The notes beneath the pieces are model-generated. The model had not been told where the DNA came from. It worked only from the letters and a program-made list of their open reading frames with translations, and did not search any database. Both the position numbers and the translations under genes were made by a program. From a bacterium (GTDB lineage: Bacteria; Chloroflexota; Dormibacteria; Aeolococcales; Bog-877): a stretch of 64,000 nt of DNA. The stretch covers positions 1,507 to 65,506 of the forward strand of contig JAJYWQ010000058.1 of assembly GCA_021791415.1 (NCBI GenBank). Reading direction: 5' to 3'. Positions 38,592-47,507 of the stretch are shown here, piece after piece; position 1 is the first letter of the stretch, and each line of letters begins with the position of its first letter.

Positions 38592-39170
38592 ACTTCCGGT
38601 CCTCGAAGCTTCCTGGCCGGGGAGGCGACGAGCCCGGACGTTGGCGCCCCTGGGGTTGCACGCGAGCAGCCACGATGTGGAAGTGGCCGGTCCTGTCCGG
38701 CCAGCAATCCATCACTGCCAGTCGGCCAGATGAGGTTCCCCGTGCTTAGGAGCGAAAGCGTGTGCCGCAAGGAGGTCATGATCGGCCATTGCCGCAGTCG
38801 GCATGGCAGGAGGAACCAGGGGACCGAGGTCGACTGGGGCGCTAGCGTGCGGTAGCGCCCTGCACGACTGCGATGACGTCACCGCGGAATCTCAAGGGTC
38901 GTAGGGGCGGTTTCGTGCGAACGAGGGCGGGCTGAACTAGTGCCGTGAACCGCGGCGATCCGACGGTTGGGCTTTGGCGCCATGCACCGCAGCGGCGTCA
39001 AGCTCACCTGCAAAGGGACCGGCGCGAATCGCCCTGGGAAAGCTGGAGTCTCCATTCACCGAGCGGATGGAGGACTGAGAGGGACGAGCCGGTACCCGCA
39101 GGACCCGCGGGGGTTGCCGGCGCGGTCGTCGCTGGTGGAGCCACTTGCTTGCTCGGCGGTTCGGTTTGGG

Positions 39171-39215
39171 TTGACAGGTGGCTCCCCGCTGGCCCATACT
39201 CAACCGTAGGGTTGA
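39171..39215 (+). promoter_or_regulatory. Promoter (TTGACA-18-CATACT) with ArsR operator TCAACC-N4-GGTTGA
   Basis: -35 at 39171-39176, -10 at 39195-39200, perfect inverted repeat at 39200-39215 upstream of the arsR-like gene. Confidence 0.7.
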
Positions 39216-39237
39216 TGAACCACGCGGATGAATAAAC

Positions 39238-39585
39238 ATGGCCAACGATCCACTGAGTCTTACCTTCGCCGCTCTGGCTGATCCGACCCGGCGGGCCGTT
39301 CTGGTGCGCTTGGCGGAGGGCGAGGCGACGGTTAACGAGCTGGCGGCGCCGTTCGACATCAGTCTGCAAGCGGTCTCGAAGCACCTCAAGGTGCTACAGG
39401 CGGCCGGTTTGATCTCACGGGGACGCGAGGCGCAGTACCGCCCTTGCCACCTTGAGCCGGCGCCTTTGGAAGCGGCCACGGACTGGATCGCGAGGAACCG
39501 ACAGATCTGGACGGAGCGATTCGACCAACTCGATCGGCACCTGGAGCTAATGGGCAGGGAACAGGCAAAGGAGAAGGGAGCATGA
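39238..39585 (+). CDS. ArsR/SmtB-family regulator
   Basis: FAALADPTRRAVL, VNELAAPFDISLQAVSKHLKVL, GREAQYRPC. Confidence 0.92.
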   Translation: MANDPLSLTFAALADPTRRAVLVRLAEGEATVNELAAPFDISLQAVSKHLKVLQAAGLISRGREAQYRPCHLEPAPLEAATDWIARNRQIWTERFDQLDRHLELMGREQAKEKGA

Positions 39586-40031
39586 GCGACCCACAGACCG
39601 AACTGGGTGAACTGACCATCAGGAGGACCTTCGCGGCTCGGCCTGAAGTCGTCTTCGAGTGCATGACAACGCCCGCACATCTCACCCACTTCTGGGGGCC
39701 GCTCGGGATGAGCACCCCACTCGACCGGATCACGGTCGAGCCCCGGCCCGGTGGACGTTTCGAGACAGTGATGGTCAACGACGAGACCGGTGACGAGTAT
39801 CCCGTGAACGGTGTGTTCATGGAATTCGACCCTCCCCGCACGTTCTCGTTCACCGAAGCTGGTGTGGACGGCGGCATGATGACCAAGATCGTCTTCAACG
39901 ACCTCGGCGACGGGCGTACCGAGACGGTCACCCATCAGACCAATGTGCCTCCGATGTTGATGAGCCCCGAGGCCCAAGCCGGGCTGGAAACGAGCTTCGT
40001 CAAGTTCGATGCCTACCTTGCTTCCCTGTAG
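39582..40031 (+). CDS. SRPBCC/AHSA1-like ligand-binding protein
   Basis: LTIRRTFAARPEVVF..FWGP..PRPGGRF..EFDPP; ATGA-coupled to arsR. Confidence 0.85.
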   Translation: MSDPQTELGELTIRRTFAARPEVVFECMTTPAHLTHFWGPLGMSTPLDRITVEPRPGGRFETVMVNDETGDEYPVNGVFMEFDPPRTFSFTEAGVDGGMMTKIVFNDLGDGRTETVTHQTNVPPMLMSPEAQAGLETSFVKFDAYLASL

Positions 40032-40133
40032 CCACAGCCGTACTGCGCACAACAGAACGCGGCGCCTTGGGCTGCGCCCAGCGGGGAACGCTGAGGGATC
40101 CTTCGGCGACCTTGAGGAACGACGGAGGATGGG

Positions 40134-40206
40134 AGCGGGAGACGAGACTCGAACTCGCGACATCCAGCTTGGAAGGCTAGCGCTCTACCAACTGAGCTAC
40201 TCCCGC
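40134..40206 (-). tRNA. tRNA-Gly(TCC)
   Basis: Reverse complement GCGGGAGTAGCTCAGTTGGTAGAGCGCTAGCCTTCCAAGCTGGATGTCGCGAGTTCGAGTCTCGTCTCCCGCT folds into a cloverleaf with anticodon TCC. Confidence 0.96.
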
Positions 40207-40346
40207 GGCCGCGCCTTTCCCGATTCTATCGGCAGGCCCTCCCTTGGCGGGCTGTCGCTCCAGCCCACCGCCTGCCCAGGCAGTCTGTTCTGCGGTCCCC
40301 AACCGACCTGGGCGGAGGGCCACGGCGTCACCACCTCAATCGCCAC

Positions 40347-41165
40347 TCAACCCGCGCGGTCGGCCACCAGGGTGTAGAGCATGGGTACCGGCTCACCACC
40401 GAGCCGGACTCGGTACCGCCCGTCTGCCTCGGGAGCCCCGAGGTCGCCTCGGTAATCCCGCGGCGCCGCAGTGTGCTCGCGCAACCAGCGCACCGTCAAG
40501 CCGGCGCCCACGGCTGCGGTGACCACCTCGCCCACACTGTGGGCGAACTGCACGGTGGCGGTGGACACGACTGGGGCCAGGGGATCCGTGTAGCTCCCCG
40601 GGGTGTTGAAGAAGTGGGGCCCGTCAAAGGAGTAAGGGAAGTCCAGCCGCAGGGGCGCCAAGGTGTCGATCATGCCCACAAACGGATGGATCTCGACCAG
40701 GGCCAGACTGCCGCCCGGGCGCAGCAGGTCGTGGGCCGCGCTCATCCAGGCATCGAGGTCCCCTATCCAGCACAGCACCCCGATGGTGGCGTAGGCCAGG
40801 TCGAAGCGGCTGAAGAGACGACTGGGAGGGTGGCAGGCGTCCGCCTCGACAAGGGCCAGATCGACTCCACAGCGCCGGGCCAGCCCGGCCGCCTTGGTAA
40901 GGGCGACCGGGGAAAAGTCGAGCCCTGTGACCATGGCTCCCGCCCGGGCCAGGCTGATGGAGTCGAATCCGATGTGGCATTGAAGGTGAATGACCTGCAG
41001 GCCAGCGACCCTGCCCACAGCCAGCTGGATGGCCTCCTCCTCGACCTCGGTCAGGGAGGAGGCGCCGGCCACCAGGGACTCGGAGTCATAGATTCGGTCC
41101 TGCCCGTGGACGCGGGCTCGGTCGTCCCAGTTGCGGCGATTAAGGAGGAGGGCGTCCCGGACCAC
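40347..41165 (-). CDS. Class I SAM-dependent methyltransferase
   Basis: NRRNWDDRA, HLQCHIGFDS, VTGLDFS, FDLAYATIGVLCW, LRPGG. Confidence 0.88.
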   Translation of the reverse strand: MVRDALLLNRRNWDDRARVHGQDRIYDSESLVAGASSLTEVEEEAIQLAVGRVAGLQVIHLQCHIGFDSISLARAGAMVTGLDFSPVALTKAAGLARRCGVDLALVEADACHPPSRLFSRFDLAYATIGVLCWIGDLDAWMSAAHDLLRPGGSLALVEIHPFVGMIDTLAPLRLDFPYSFDGPHFFNTPGSYTDPLAPVVSTATVQFAHSVGEVVTAAVGAGLTVRWLREHTAAPRDYRGDLGAPEADGRYRVRLGGEPVPMLYTLVADRAG

Positions 41166-41452
41166 CGGGCAAGTCTAGGGAGCCGCGGCCTCCGCTGCCC
41201 ACATTGTCACCGTTCGCCTGCGGGCAGTCGATCTCATGGCTCATGTGGTGTCTCTCTAGCCGGGGGCATCCAGCGGCGGCGGGCAGCGCGCCGGGGGCGC
41301 GCCCCGGGCCTGGGCGCGATCCATCTCTGCTCGGGAGACTGGCTACCGACGCTCGCAGCAGCTGCCCTGAGGAGAACGGGGACGGACCGCGGGGGGTCAG
41401 TTGGACTGTGCCGCTTCGTCGCCTCTGTGGCGATTGCTAGACTGGCTGCAGG

Positions 41453-41812
41453 ATGCTCTTCGACTACCTCCCACTCCTCACCTTCCTGGTGATGATCGTC
41501 CTGTTCGGGGTGGGGATCACCTTGGTCATCCCCCTCATCGGGCCGAGGCGACCCACCAAGGCCAAGGGGCTTCCCTACGAGTGCGGCATCGTGCCCGCGG
41601 AGACCGCCCGGCGGCGCTTCTCGGTCACCTTCTACCTGACAGCCATGTTGTTCATCGTCTTTGATGTGGAGGCGATCTTCCTCTACCCATGGGCGGTGCT
41701 GGTGCGGAGCACCCTGCATCTCTTCGGGCTCATTGAGATGGTGGTCTTCGTGGCCCTGATCGCGGTGGCCCTCGCCTACGTTTGGCGCAAGGGGGCGCTG
41801 GAGTGGGACTGA
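41453..41812 (+). CDS. nuoA: NADH-quinone oxidoreductase subunit A
   Basis: [36 protein letters not shown]. Confidence 0.96.
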   Translation: MLFDYLPLLTFLVMIVLFGVGITLVIPLIGPRRPTKAKGLPYECGIVPAETARRRFSVTFYLTAMLFIVFDVEAIFLYPWAVLVRSTLHLFGLIEMVVFVALIAVALAYVWRKGALEWD

Positions 41813-42402
41813 GAGGGGAGAGCGAATTCATCCTTCCAGGGGGACCAACGAGGGCGGTTCTGGCCGCGGACGGGAGCGCGATTCCCGGGGCGATCCCGCG
41901 CTCCATCCCCGGGGCCCGGGACCTCGCCGACGCCGCGGCCGAGGAGGGGGTCTTCACCACCACCGTCGGCAAGGTGATCGCCTGGGGCCGCTACTCCTCC
42001 CTCTGGCCCGCCCTCTTCGGTCTCGCCTGCTGCGCCATCGAGATGATGGGGGCCAGCAACTCCCGCTTCGACCTCTCCAGGTTCGGCGCGGAGGTGTTCC
42101 GGGCCTCGCCCCGCCAGGCGGACCTCATGATCGTGGCCGGGAGGGTGTCCCAGAAGATGGGACCGGTCCTGCGCCATATCTACGATCAGATGCCGGAGCC
42201 CAAGTGGGTGATCTCCATGGGGGCCTGCGCCTCCTGCGGCGGCATCTTCAACAACTACGCCATCATCCAAGGCGTGGACAAGGTGGTCCCGGTGGACGTC
42301 TACATCCCGGGCTGCCCCCCGCGTCCCGAGGGGCTGCTGGACGCGGTCATGAAGCTGCAGCAGAAGATCGCCGCCACCCCAGTGACGGGCGTGCGCCAGT
42401 AG
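41803..42402 (+). CDS. nuoB: NADH-quinone oxidoreductase subunit B
   Basis: [41 protein letters not shown]. Confidence 0.96.
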   Translation: MGLRGESEFILPGGPTRAVLAADGSAIPGAIPRSIPGARDLADAAAEEGVFTTTVGKVIAWGRYSSLWPALFGLACCAIEMMGASNSRFDLSRFGAEVFRASPRQADLMIVAGRVSQKMGPVLRHIYDQMPEPKWVISMGACASCGGIFNNYAIIQGVDKVVPVDVYIPGCPPRPEGLLDAVMKLQQKIAATPVTGVRQ

Positions 42403-42978
42403 ATGGGAGACTCTGCTCTCCTCACCGTAGTGGAAGGCCGCCGGGCGGCCGACCACCTGCGCCAGGCCTTCGGGGATTCAGTCAAGGTCACCGAGAGCTG
42501 CGCGCAGGTGGCCGCAGAGGTGCCGCTGGAGCTTCTGGGCAGCGCCGCAGAGGAACTCAGGAAGCATCCCGACTGCCTGTACGAGATGCCCGTGACCATG
42601 ACCTGCGTGGACTGGCCTGAGCGCGAGGAGCGCTTCGAGGTGGTCTACCTGCTCCGATCTTTGGTTCACAACGACCTCTGCCGCCTTCTGGTGCGGGTCG
42701 CGGAGGGCCAGGAGCTGCCCACCCTCTCGCACCTCTACCCGGGGTTGGGGTGGCACGAGCGCGAGTGCTACGACCTCTTCGGGCTCCGCTTTGCAGGGCA
42801 TGCCGACCTGACCCGGATCCTCCTTCCAGATGACTGGGAGGGGCATCCCCTGCGGAAGGACTACGTCTCCTTCGGCGAGCCTGTCGCCTTCACCCACAAC
42901 CTGGAGTGGGCGCTTTCCCCCCAGGACCGACCCGAGTGGATGCCCGGCGCCGTCCGGGGCTCGGTGGAGCGCCCCTGA
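42403..42978 (+). CDS. nuoC: NADH-quinone oxidoreductase subunit C
   Basis: RFEVVYLL, WHERECYDLFGLRF, RILLPDDWEGHPLRKDY. Confidence 0.94.
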   Translation: MGDSALLTVVEGRRAADHLRQAFGDSVKVTESCAQVAAEVPLELLGSAAEELRKHPDCLYEMPVTMTCVDWPEREERFEVVYLLRSLVHNDLCRLLVRVAEGQELPTLSHLYPGLGWHERECYDLFGLRFAGHADLTRILLPDDWEGHPLRKDYVSFGEPVAFTHNLEWALSPQDRPEWMPGAVRGSVERP

Positions 42979-44264
42979 TGGCCACCCTGCCGCCGATCCG
43001 CGGTTCCGGCACCCCGGTGGACGAGGTTCCGGTACAGGAGGGGATCCCGCACCTGCACCCCGGCGGCCAGGGGGAGTTCCTGGACAAGATCGATCAGGGG
43101 GAGGAGCTCCTCGAGCTGAACATGGGCCCGCAGCACCCCTCCACCCATGGAGTGCTGCGGCTGGTCCTCAGCCTGGATGGCGAGCGGGTGGTGGAGTGCC
43201 GCCCGGACATCGGGTACCTGCACACCGGCTTCGAGAAGAGCTTCGAGTCCCACACCTACCAGCAGTGCATCCCCCTCACCGACCGGATGGACTACCTCGC
43301 TCCACCCATCAACAACTTCGGCTTCGCCCTCACGGCCGAGAAGCTGCTGGGGATCGAGGTTCCTCCGCGGGCCCAGTACATTCGGGTTATCGTCGCCGAG
43401 CTCTCCAGGATCGCCAGCCATCTGATCTGGCTCGGGACCCACGCCATGGACCTCGGGGCCACCTCCATGTTCATGTACTGCTGGAGGGAACGGGATCGGA
43501 TCCTGGACATCATGGAGTGGATCTCCGGCGTCCGCATGATGACCAGCTTCATCCGGGTGGGGGGGCTGATGGCCGACGTCCCCGCAGAGTTCGTACCCAT
43601 GGTCAAGGCGTTCATCGCCGACTTCCCCAAGAGGGTGGACGAGTACGAGGCTTTGCTCACCGCCAACCCCATCTGGAGGCAGAGGACAGTGGGGCTGGGG
43701 GTCATCGACGCCGCCTCGGCCCTCGGGTACGGATGCTCAGGGGCGACCCTGCGGGGGTCCGGCGTCCCCTACGACGTGCGCAAGGCCCACCCCTACTCCG
43801 GGTACGAGCGGTTCCAGTTCGATGTTCCGGTCGGAGTGAACGGAGACGTCTACGACCGCTACCTGGTCCGCGTCCGCGAGATGCGAGAGGCCTGCAGGAT
43901 TGTGGAACAGGCGGTCGAGGGGCTGCCCGGGGGGCCGGTGAACACTCCCGACCGCAAGGTGTCCGCCCCTCCCAGAGCGGAGATCGACAACTCCATGGAG
44001 TCGCTGATCCATCACTTCAAGCTCTACACCGAGGGCTTCCGCCCGCCGGCCGGGTCCTGCTACTCAGCGGTGGAGAGCGCGCGGGGGGAGCTGGGTTTCT
44101 TCATGGTCAGCGACGGGGGCAACCGCCCCTACCGCTGCAAGGTGAGGGGCCCCTCGTTCAGCAACCTCTCCGCCCTCTCCCAGATGGTCCGTGGAGAGCT
44201 GGTGGCGGACGTGGTGGCGGTGGTGGGAAGCATCGACATCATCCTGGGGGACGTCGACCGCTGA
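42978..44264 (+). CDS. nuoD: NADH-quinone oxidoreductase subunit D
   Basis: NMGPQHPSTHGVLRL, GYLHTGFEK, DRMDYL, MESLIHHFK, GDVDR. Confidence 0.96.
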   Translation: MATLPPIRGSGTPVDEVPVQEGIPHLHPGGQGEFLDKIDQGEELLELNMGPQHPSTHGVLRLVLSLDGERVVECRPDIGYLHTGFEKSFESHTYQQCIPLTDRMDYLAPPINNFGFALTAEKLLGIEVPPRAQYIRVIVAELSRIASHLIWLGTHAMDLGATSMFMYCWRERDRILDIMEWISGVRMMTSFIRVGGLMADVPAEFVPMVKAFIADFPKRVDEYEALLTANPIWRQRTVGLGVIDAASALGYGCSGATLRGSGVPYDVRKAHPYSGYERFQFDVPVGVNGDVYDRYLVRVREMREACRIVEQAVEGLPGGPVNTPDRKVSAPPRAEIDNSMESLIHHFKLYTEGFRPPAGSCYSAVESARGELGFFMVSDGGNRPYRCKVRGPSFSNLSALSQMVRGELVADVVAVVGSIDIILGDVDR

Positions 44265-44270
44265 TACGCC

Positions 44271-45578
44271 TCACCCGTGTCGAAGTGCGCGGGGCAGGAT
44301 GAGCACCGCCTCGAGAACGGCCAGGAGGAGGAGGGCGGAGGCGATCCGGGGCACGAACTGGGTCACCTCCGGTGGTGAGGTGAACAGCCAGGCCACCAGC
44401 GCGGGAACCCCTACAGCGGGGACCACGGCGAACCTGCGGTCTCGGCTGCCCAGCCCGAAGTAGACAAGGAGGTTGACGACGGTCAGGCCCACGATGCCGG
44501 CGGCAAAGAGGAGCAGCAGCGAGGAGTCACTCTCGTAGCTGTGGCCCAGCACGACGCCCAGCAGGGGGCGGGAGAAGAGGGCGTAGGCGGCGACCACCAG
44601 CAGATCCACGGTGAGGAGCAGGGCCGCGGTCTGCAACAGAAGGCGCCGCCGGACCTGGGCGTTGGGGGCCGCGGCCACCCGGGGGTACATCACGGCGCTG
44701 AGGCTGCTGGTGCCGAAGAAGAGGATCTTCCCCATGACCGACAGTCCGGAGTAGAGGCCGGCGCCGTAGGGGGTGAGCACGTGGCGGGCGGAGACGACGT
44801 CTATGTTGTTGAAGATGGGGGCGGTCGCCGCTCCGGCGACCACCGAGAGGTCCACCAGCCGCTGGGGCGCCTCCTCCATGGCCGGGCGGGCGCGGTGGCG
44901 GGGGTAGACAGCTGACCCCAGGGCGCCTGCTACCGAGGCCATGGGAACGGCCGCCGGTCCGAGCCCGAGGTGGAGCAGCACCACCGCCAGCACCACCATC
45001 GTGCCCCCGTAGAGAAGGAAGTTGACCGCCAGGCGCCCGAAGGCGCGACGGCCCTGGAGGAACCCGCGCTGGGCTCCACCCATGGCGGAGATGGGCCCGG
45101 CCACCACCGTCAGAGCCAGAACCCAGGGGTCGGTGAGGTGGAGCAGGAAAGCGAGGATCAGATCCACCGGCACCATGGCGGCGCCCAGCCAGAGCCCGAT
45201 TCGAAGCGCCGAACGCCGGAGCCCCGGCCACATGGCGTCAGGGTCAAGACGGCGTGCCGCGGTGCCGGCGACGTCCCGGGCGGCACCGGCGGCCACGATG
45301 AAGGTGGTGGTGTACAGGAGGTTGAGGACGGCCACCACCGAGGTGGACTCCCCGTTGGCCGCGGTGCTGAGGTGATGGGCCCCGTACGACTGGGCCACCA
45401 GCACTCCCGCCCCCGAGCCACCTATCCCGATCAGGTACAGGAGATTGTGCAAGACCACGGGGCTGCGGAGGAGCTGGCCCCAATCACGGGCGGGGGTCAC
45501 CGCGGCCTTTGCGGCGGGGGCCCGATCCGGGGGGCGTTCCACCTCACCATCCTGAACGATCGGACCCTCAGGCTGCAC
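44271..45578 (-). CDS. Polysaccharide/oligosaccharide flippase-like (Wzx/MATE-like) membrane protein inside the nuo cluster
   Basis: About 12 TM; RGFLQGRRAF, NIDVVSARHVL, AGLYSGLSVMGKILFF, VMYPRVA. Confidence 0.75.
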   Translation of the reverse strand: MQPEGPIVQDGEVERPPDRAPAAKAAVTPARDWGQLLRSPVVLHNLLYLIGIGGSGAGVLVAQSYGAHHLSTAANGESTSVVAVLNLLYTTTFIVAAGAARDVAGTAARRLDPDAMWPGLRRSALRIGLWLGAAMVPVDLILAFLLHLTDPWVLALTVVAGPISAMGGAQRGFLQGRRAFGRLAVNFLLYGGTMVVLAVVLLHLGLGPAAVPMASVAGALGSAVYPRHRARPAMEEAPQRLVDLSVVAGAATAPIFNNIDVVSARHVLTPYGAGLYSGLSVMGKILFFGTSSLSAVMYPRVAAAPNAQVRRRLLLQTAALLLTVDLLVVAAYALFSRPLLGVVLGHSYESDSSLLLLFAAGIVGLTVVNLLVYFGLGSRDRRFAVVPAVGVPALVAWLFTSPPEVTQFVPRIASALLLLAVLEAVLILPRALRHG

Positions 45579-45703
45579 CTCGGGACCGCCGGGTGGGTTG
45601 GTAAAGTGGGGGCGAATGAGCAGCGAGCTGACGCGCTGCCTTATCCGTCGAGCGGGGAGCGAGGCCGGAACTGAGATGCTTCCGTGCGGATGGGAGGGGG
45701 GCG

Positions 45704-46231
45704 ATGCCTGAGAGCGAGGTGGGTGCGTCGAGCCCCGCCTTGGCGCCTGCCGCGCTGGAGCGCCTCCGGGCGCTTCGATCTCGCTACCCGGTGGCCCGCT
45801 CGGCGGTGCTTCCGGCGCTCTGGGTGGTTCAGGACGAGCTAGGCTACCTGCCGCCGTGGGCCGAGGAGGTGGTGGCCGAGCAGCTCGGTCTTCTCCCGGG
45901 TGACGTGGCGGCCGTCGCCAGCTTCTACTCGATGTACTTCAACCACCAGCCCGGCAGGCACTTCGTCCAGGTCTGCCAGAACGTCTCATGCGCTCTCCGG
46001 GGAGCCGACGACCTGCTGGCCGGGCTGCGCGAGTGGCTCCAGGTCGACGAGGAGGGAGCCAGCCCTGACGGAGCGTTCACCCTTGAGGGTACCGTGGAGT
46101 GCCTAGGCGCCTGCGGCGGAGGCCCGATGATGCAGGTGGACCGCTACAGCCACGAGGACCTGAGCTTGGACTCGGCCCGCCAGATCCTGGAGCGGGTCAG
46201 GGATGGCGCGGGGGGCGGAGCCGGTGCCTGA
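45704..46231 (+). CDS. nuoE: NADH-quinone oxidoreductase subunit E
   Basis: RSAVLPAL, VASFYSMY, VCQNVSC, ECLGACGGGP. Confidence 0.94.
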   Translation: MPESEVGASSPALAPAALERLRALRSRYPVARSAVLPALWVVQDELGYLPPWAEEVVAEQLGLLPGDVAAVASFYSMYFNHQPGRHFVQVCQNVSCALRGADDLLAGLREWLQVDEEGASPDGAFTLEGTVECLGACGGGPMMQVDRYSHEDLSLDSARQILERVRDGAGGGAGA

Positions 46232-47507
46232 CGGACTGGTCCTCACCCGGCACCAGGGAGCGCCCGGGCTCACCACCCTGGACGGCTACCGCAAGGTGGG
46301 CGGATACCAGGGGTTGGCGCGGGCGCTGGAGATGGGCTCCGAGGCCATAGTGGCGGAGGTCAAGGCTTCCGGGCTGCGCGGCCGTGGCGGAGCGGCCTTC
46401 CCGACCGGGACCAAGTGGGGCTTCCTGCCGCAGGGCGTGTTCCCCCGCTACCTGGCCGTAAACGCCGATGAGTCGGAGCCGGGGTGCTTCAAGGATCGCG
46501 TCCTCATCGAGGAGTATCCCCACCAGCTTCTGGAGGGGGTGCTGATCGCCGCCTTCGCCCTTCAGGCCAGCCACGCCTTCATCTACATCCGGGGGGAGTA
46601 CCGCAAGCAGCGGGAGCTGCTGGAGGAGGTGGTCCGCGAGGCCTACCGGGCCAAGCTGGTGGGGAAGAGGATCCTGGGCAGTGACTTTGGCTGCGAGGTG
46701 GTGGTTCATGGAGGGGCCGGCGCCTACATCTGTGGCGAGGAGACGGCACTCCTTGACTCTCTGGAGGGGCGCCGCGGCCAGCCCCGGCTCAAGCCGCCCT
46801 TCCCGGCGGTCAAGGGGCTGTACGGCCAGCCGACTGTGGTCAACAACGTGGAGACGCTCTCCAACCTGCCCTACATAGTGACCGAGGGGGGAGCCGCCTA
46901 CGCCGCCCTGGGCACCGAGGCCAGTCCCGGCACCCGCCTCTTCTGCGTGAGCGGTCACGTGGAACGACCGGGAACCTTCGAGGTGCCCATGGGGCGCACC
47001 ACCTTCCGGGACCTTTTGGAGCTGGCCGGGGGGGTCTGGCGGGGCCGACGGTTCAAGGCCATGCAGCCCGGCGGGGGCTCGATGCAGGTCCTGGGGCCGC
47101 AGCACCTCGACGTCCCGCTCGATTTCAAGGCGGTGGCCGAGGCCGGCTCCTCGCTGGGAGCGGGTGCTCTGGTGGTGATGGACGAGACCACCTGCATGGT
47201 TGATGTGTCGCGCCGGTTGGTGGACTTCTACCGCCACGAATCGTGCGGCAAATGCGTGCCCTGCCGGGAGGGGACCTACTTCGAAAGCCAGCTCATGCAT
47301 CGGCTCGAGGAGGGCCGGGCCTCGGCCGGGGAGCTCGCCACCCTGGCGGACATCTGTGCCGGCATGGACGGGCGGTGCTTCTGCCCGCTGGGCGACACGG
47401 CCACGTGGTTTGTGATGTCCGCATACCGCATGTTCAAGGACGAGTTCGACGCCCATGTGGGGGCGGGCCGCTGCCCGGTGCGTGCGCGCCTGGGGGTGGC
47501 CGCCTGA
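46224..47507 (+). CDS. nuoF: NADH-quinone oxidoreductase subunit F
   Basis: SGLRGRGGAAFPTG, NADESEPG, GAGAYICGEET, ESCGKCVPCREG, CFCPLG. Confidence 0.96.
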   Translation: MPDGLVLTRHQGAPGLTTLDGYRKVGGYQGLARALEMGSEAIVAEVKASGLRGRGGAAFPTGTKWGFLPQGVFPRYLAVNADESEPGCFKDRVLIEEYPHQLLEGVLIAAFALQASHAFIYIRGEYRKQRELLEEVVREAYRAKLVGKRILGSDFGCEVVVHGGAGAYICGEETALLDSLEGRRGQPRLKPPFPAVKGLYGQPTVVNNVETLSNLPYIVTEGGAAYAALGTEASPGTRLFCVSGHVERPGTFEVPMGRTTFRDLLELAGGVWRGRRFKAMQPGGGSMQVLGPQHLDVPLDFKAVAEAGSSLGAGALVVMDETTCMVDVSRRLVDFYRHESCGKCVPCREGTYFESQLMHRLEEGRASAGELATLADICAGMDGRCFCPLGDTATWFVMSAYRMFKDEFDAHVGAGRCPVRARLGVAA

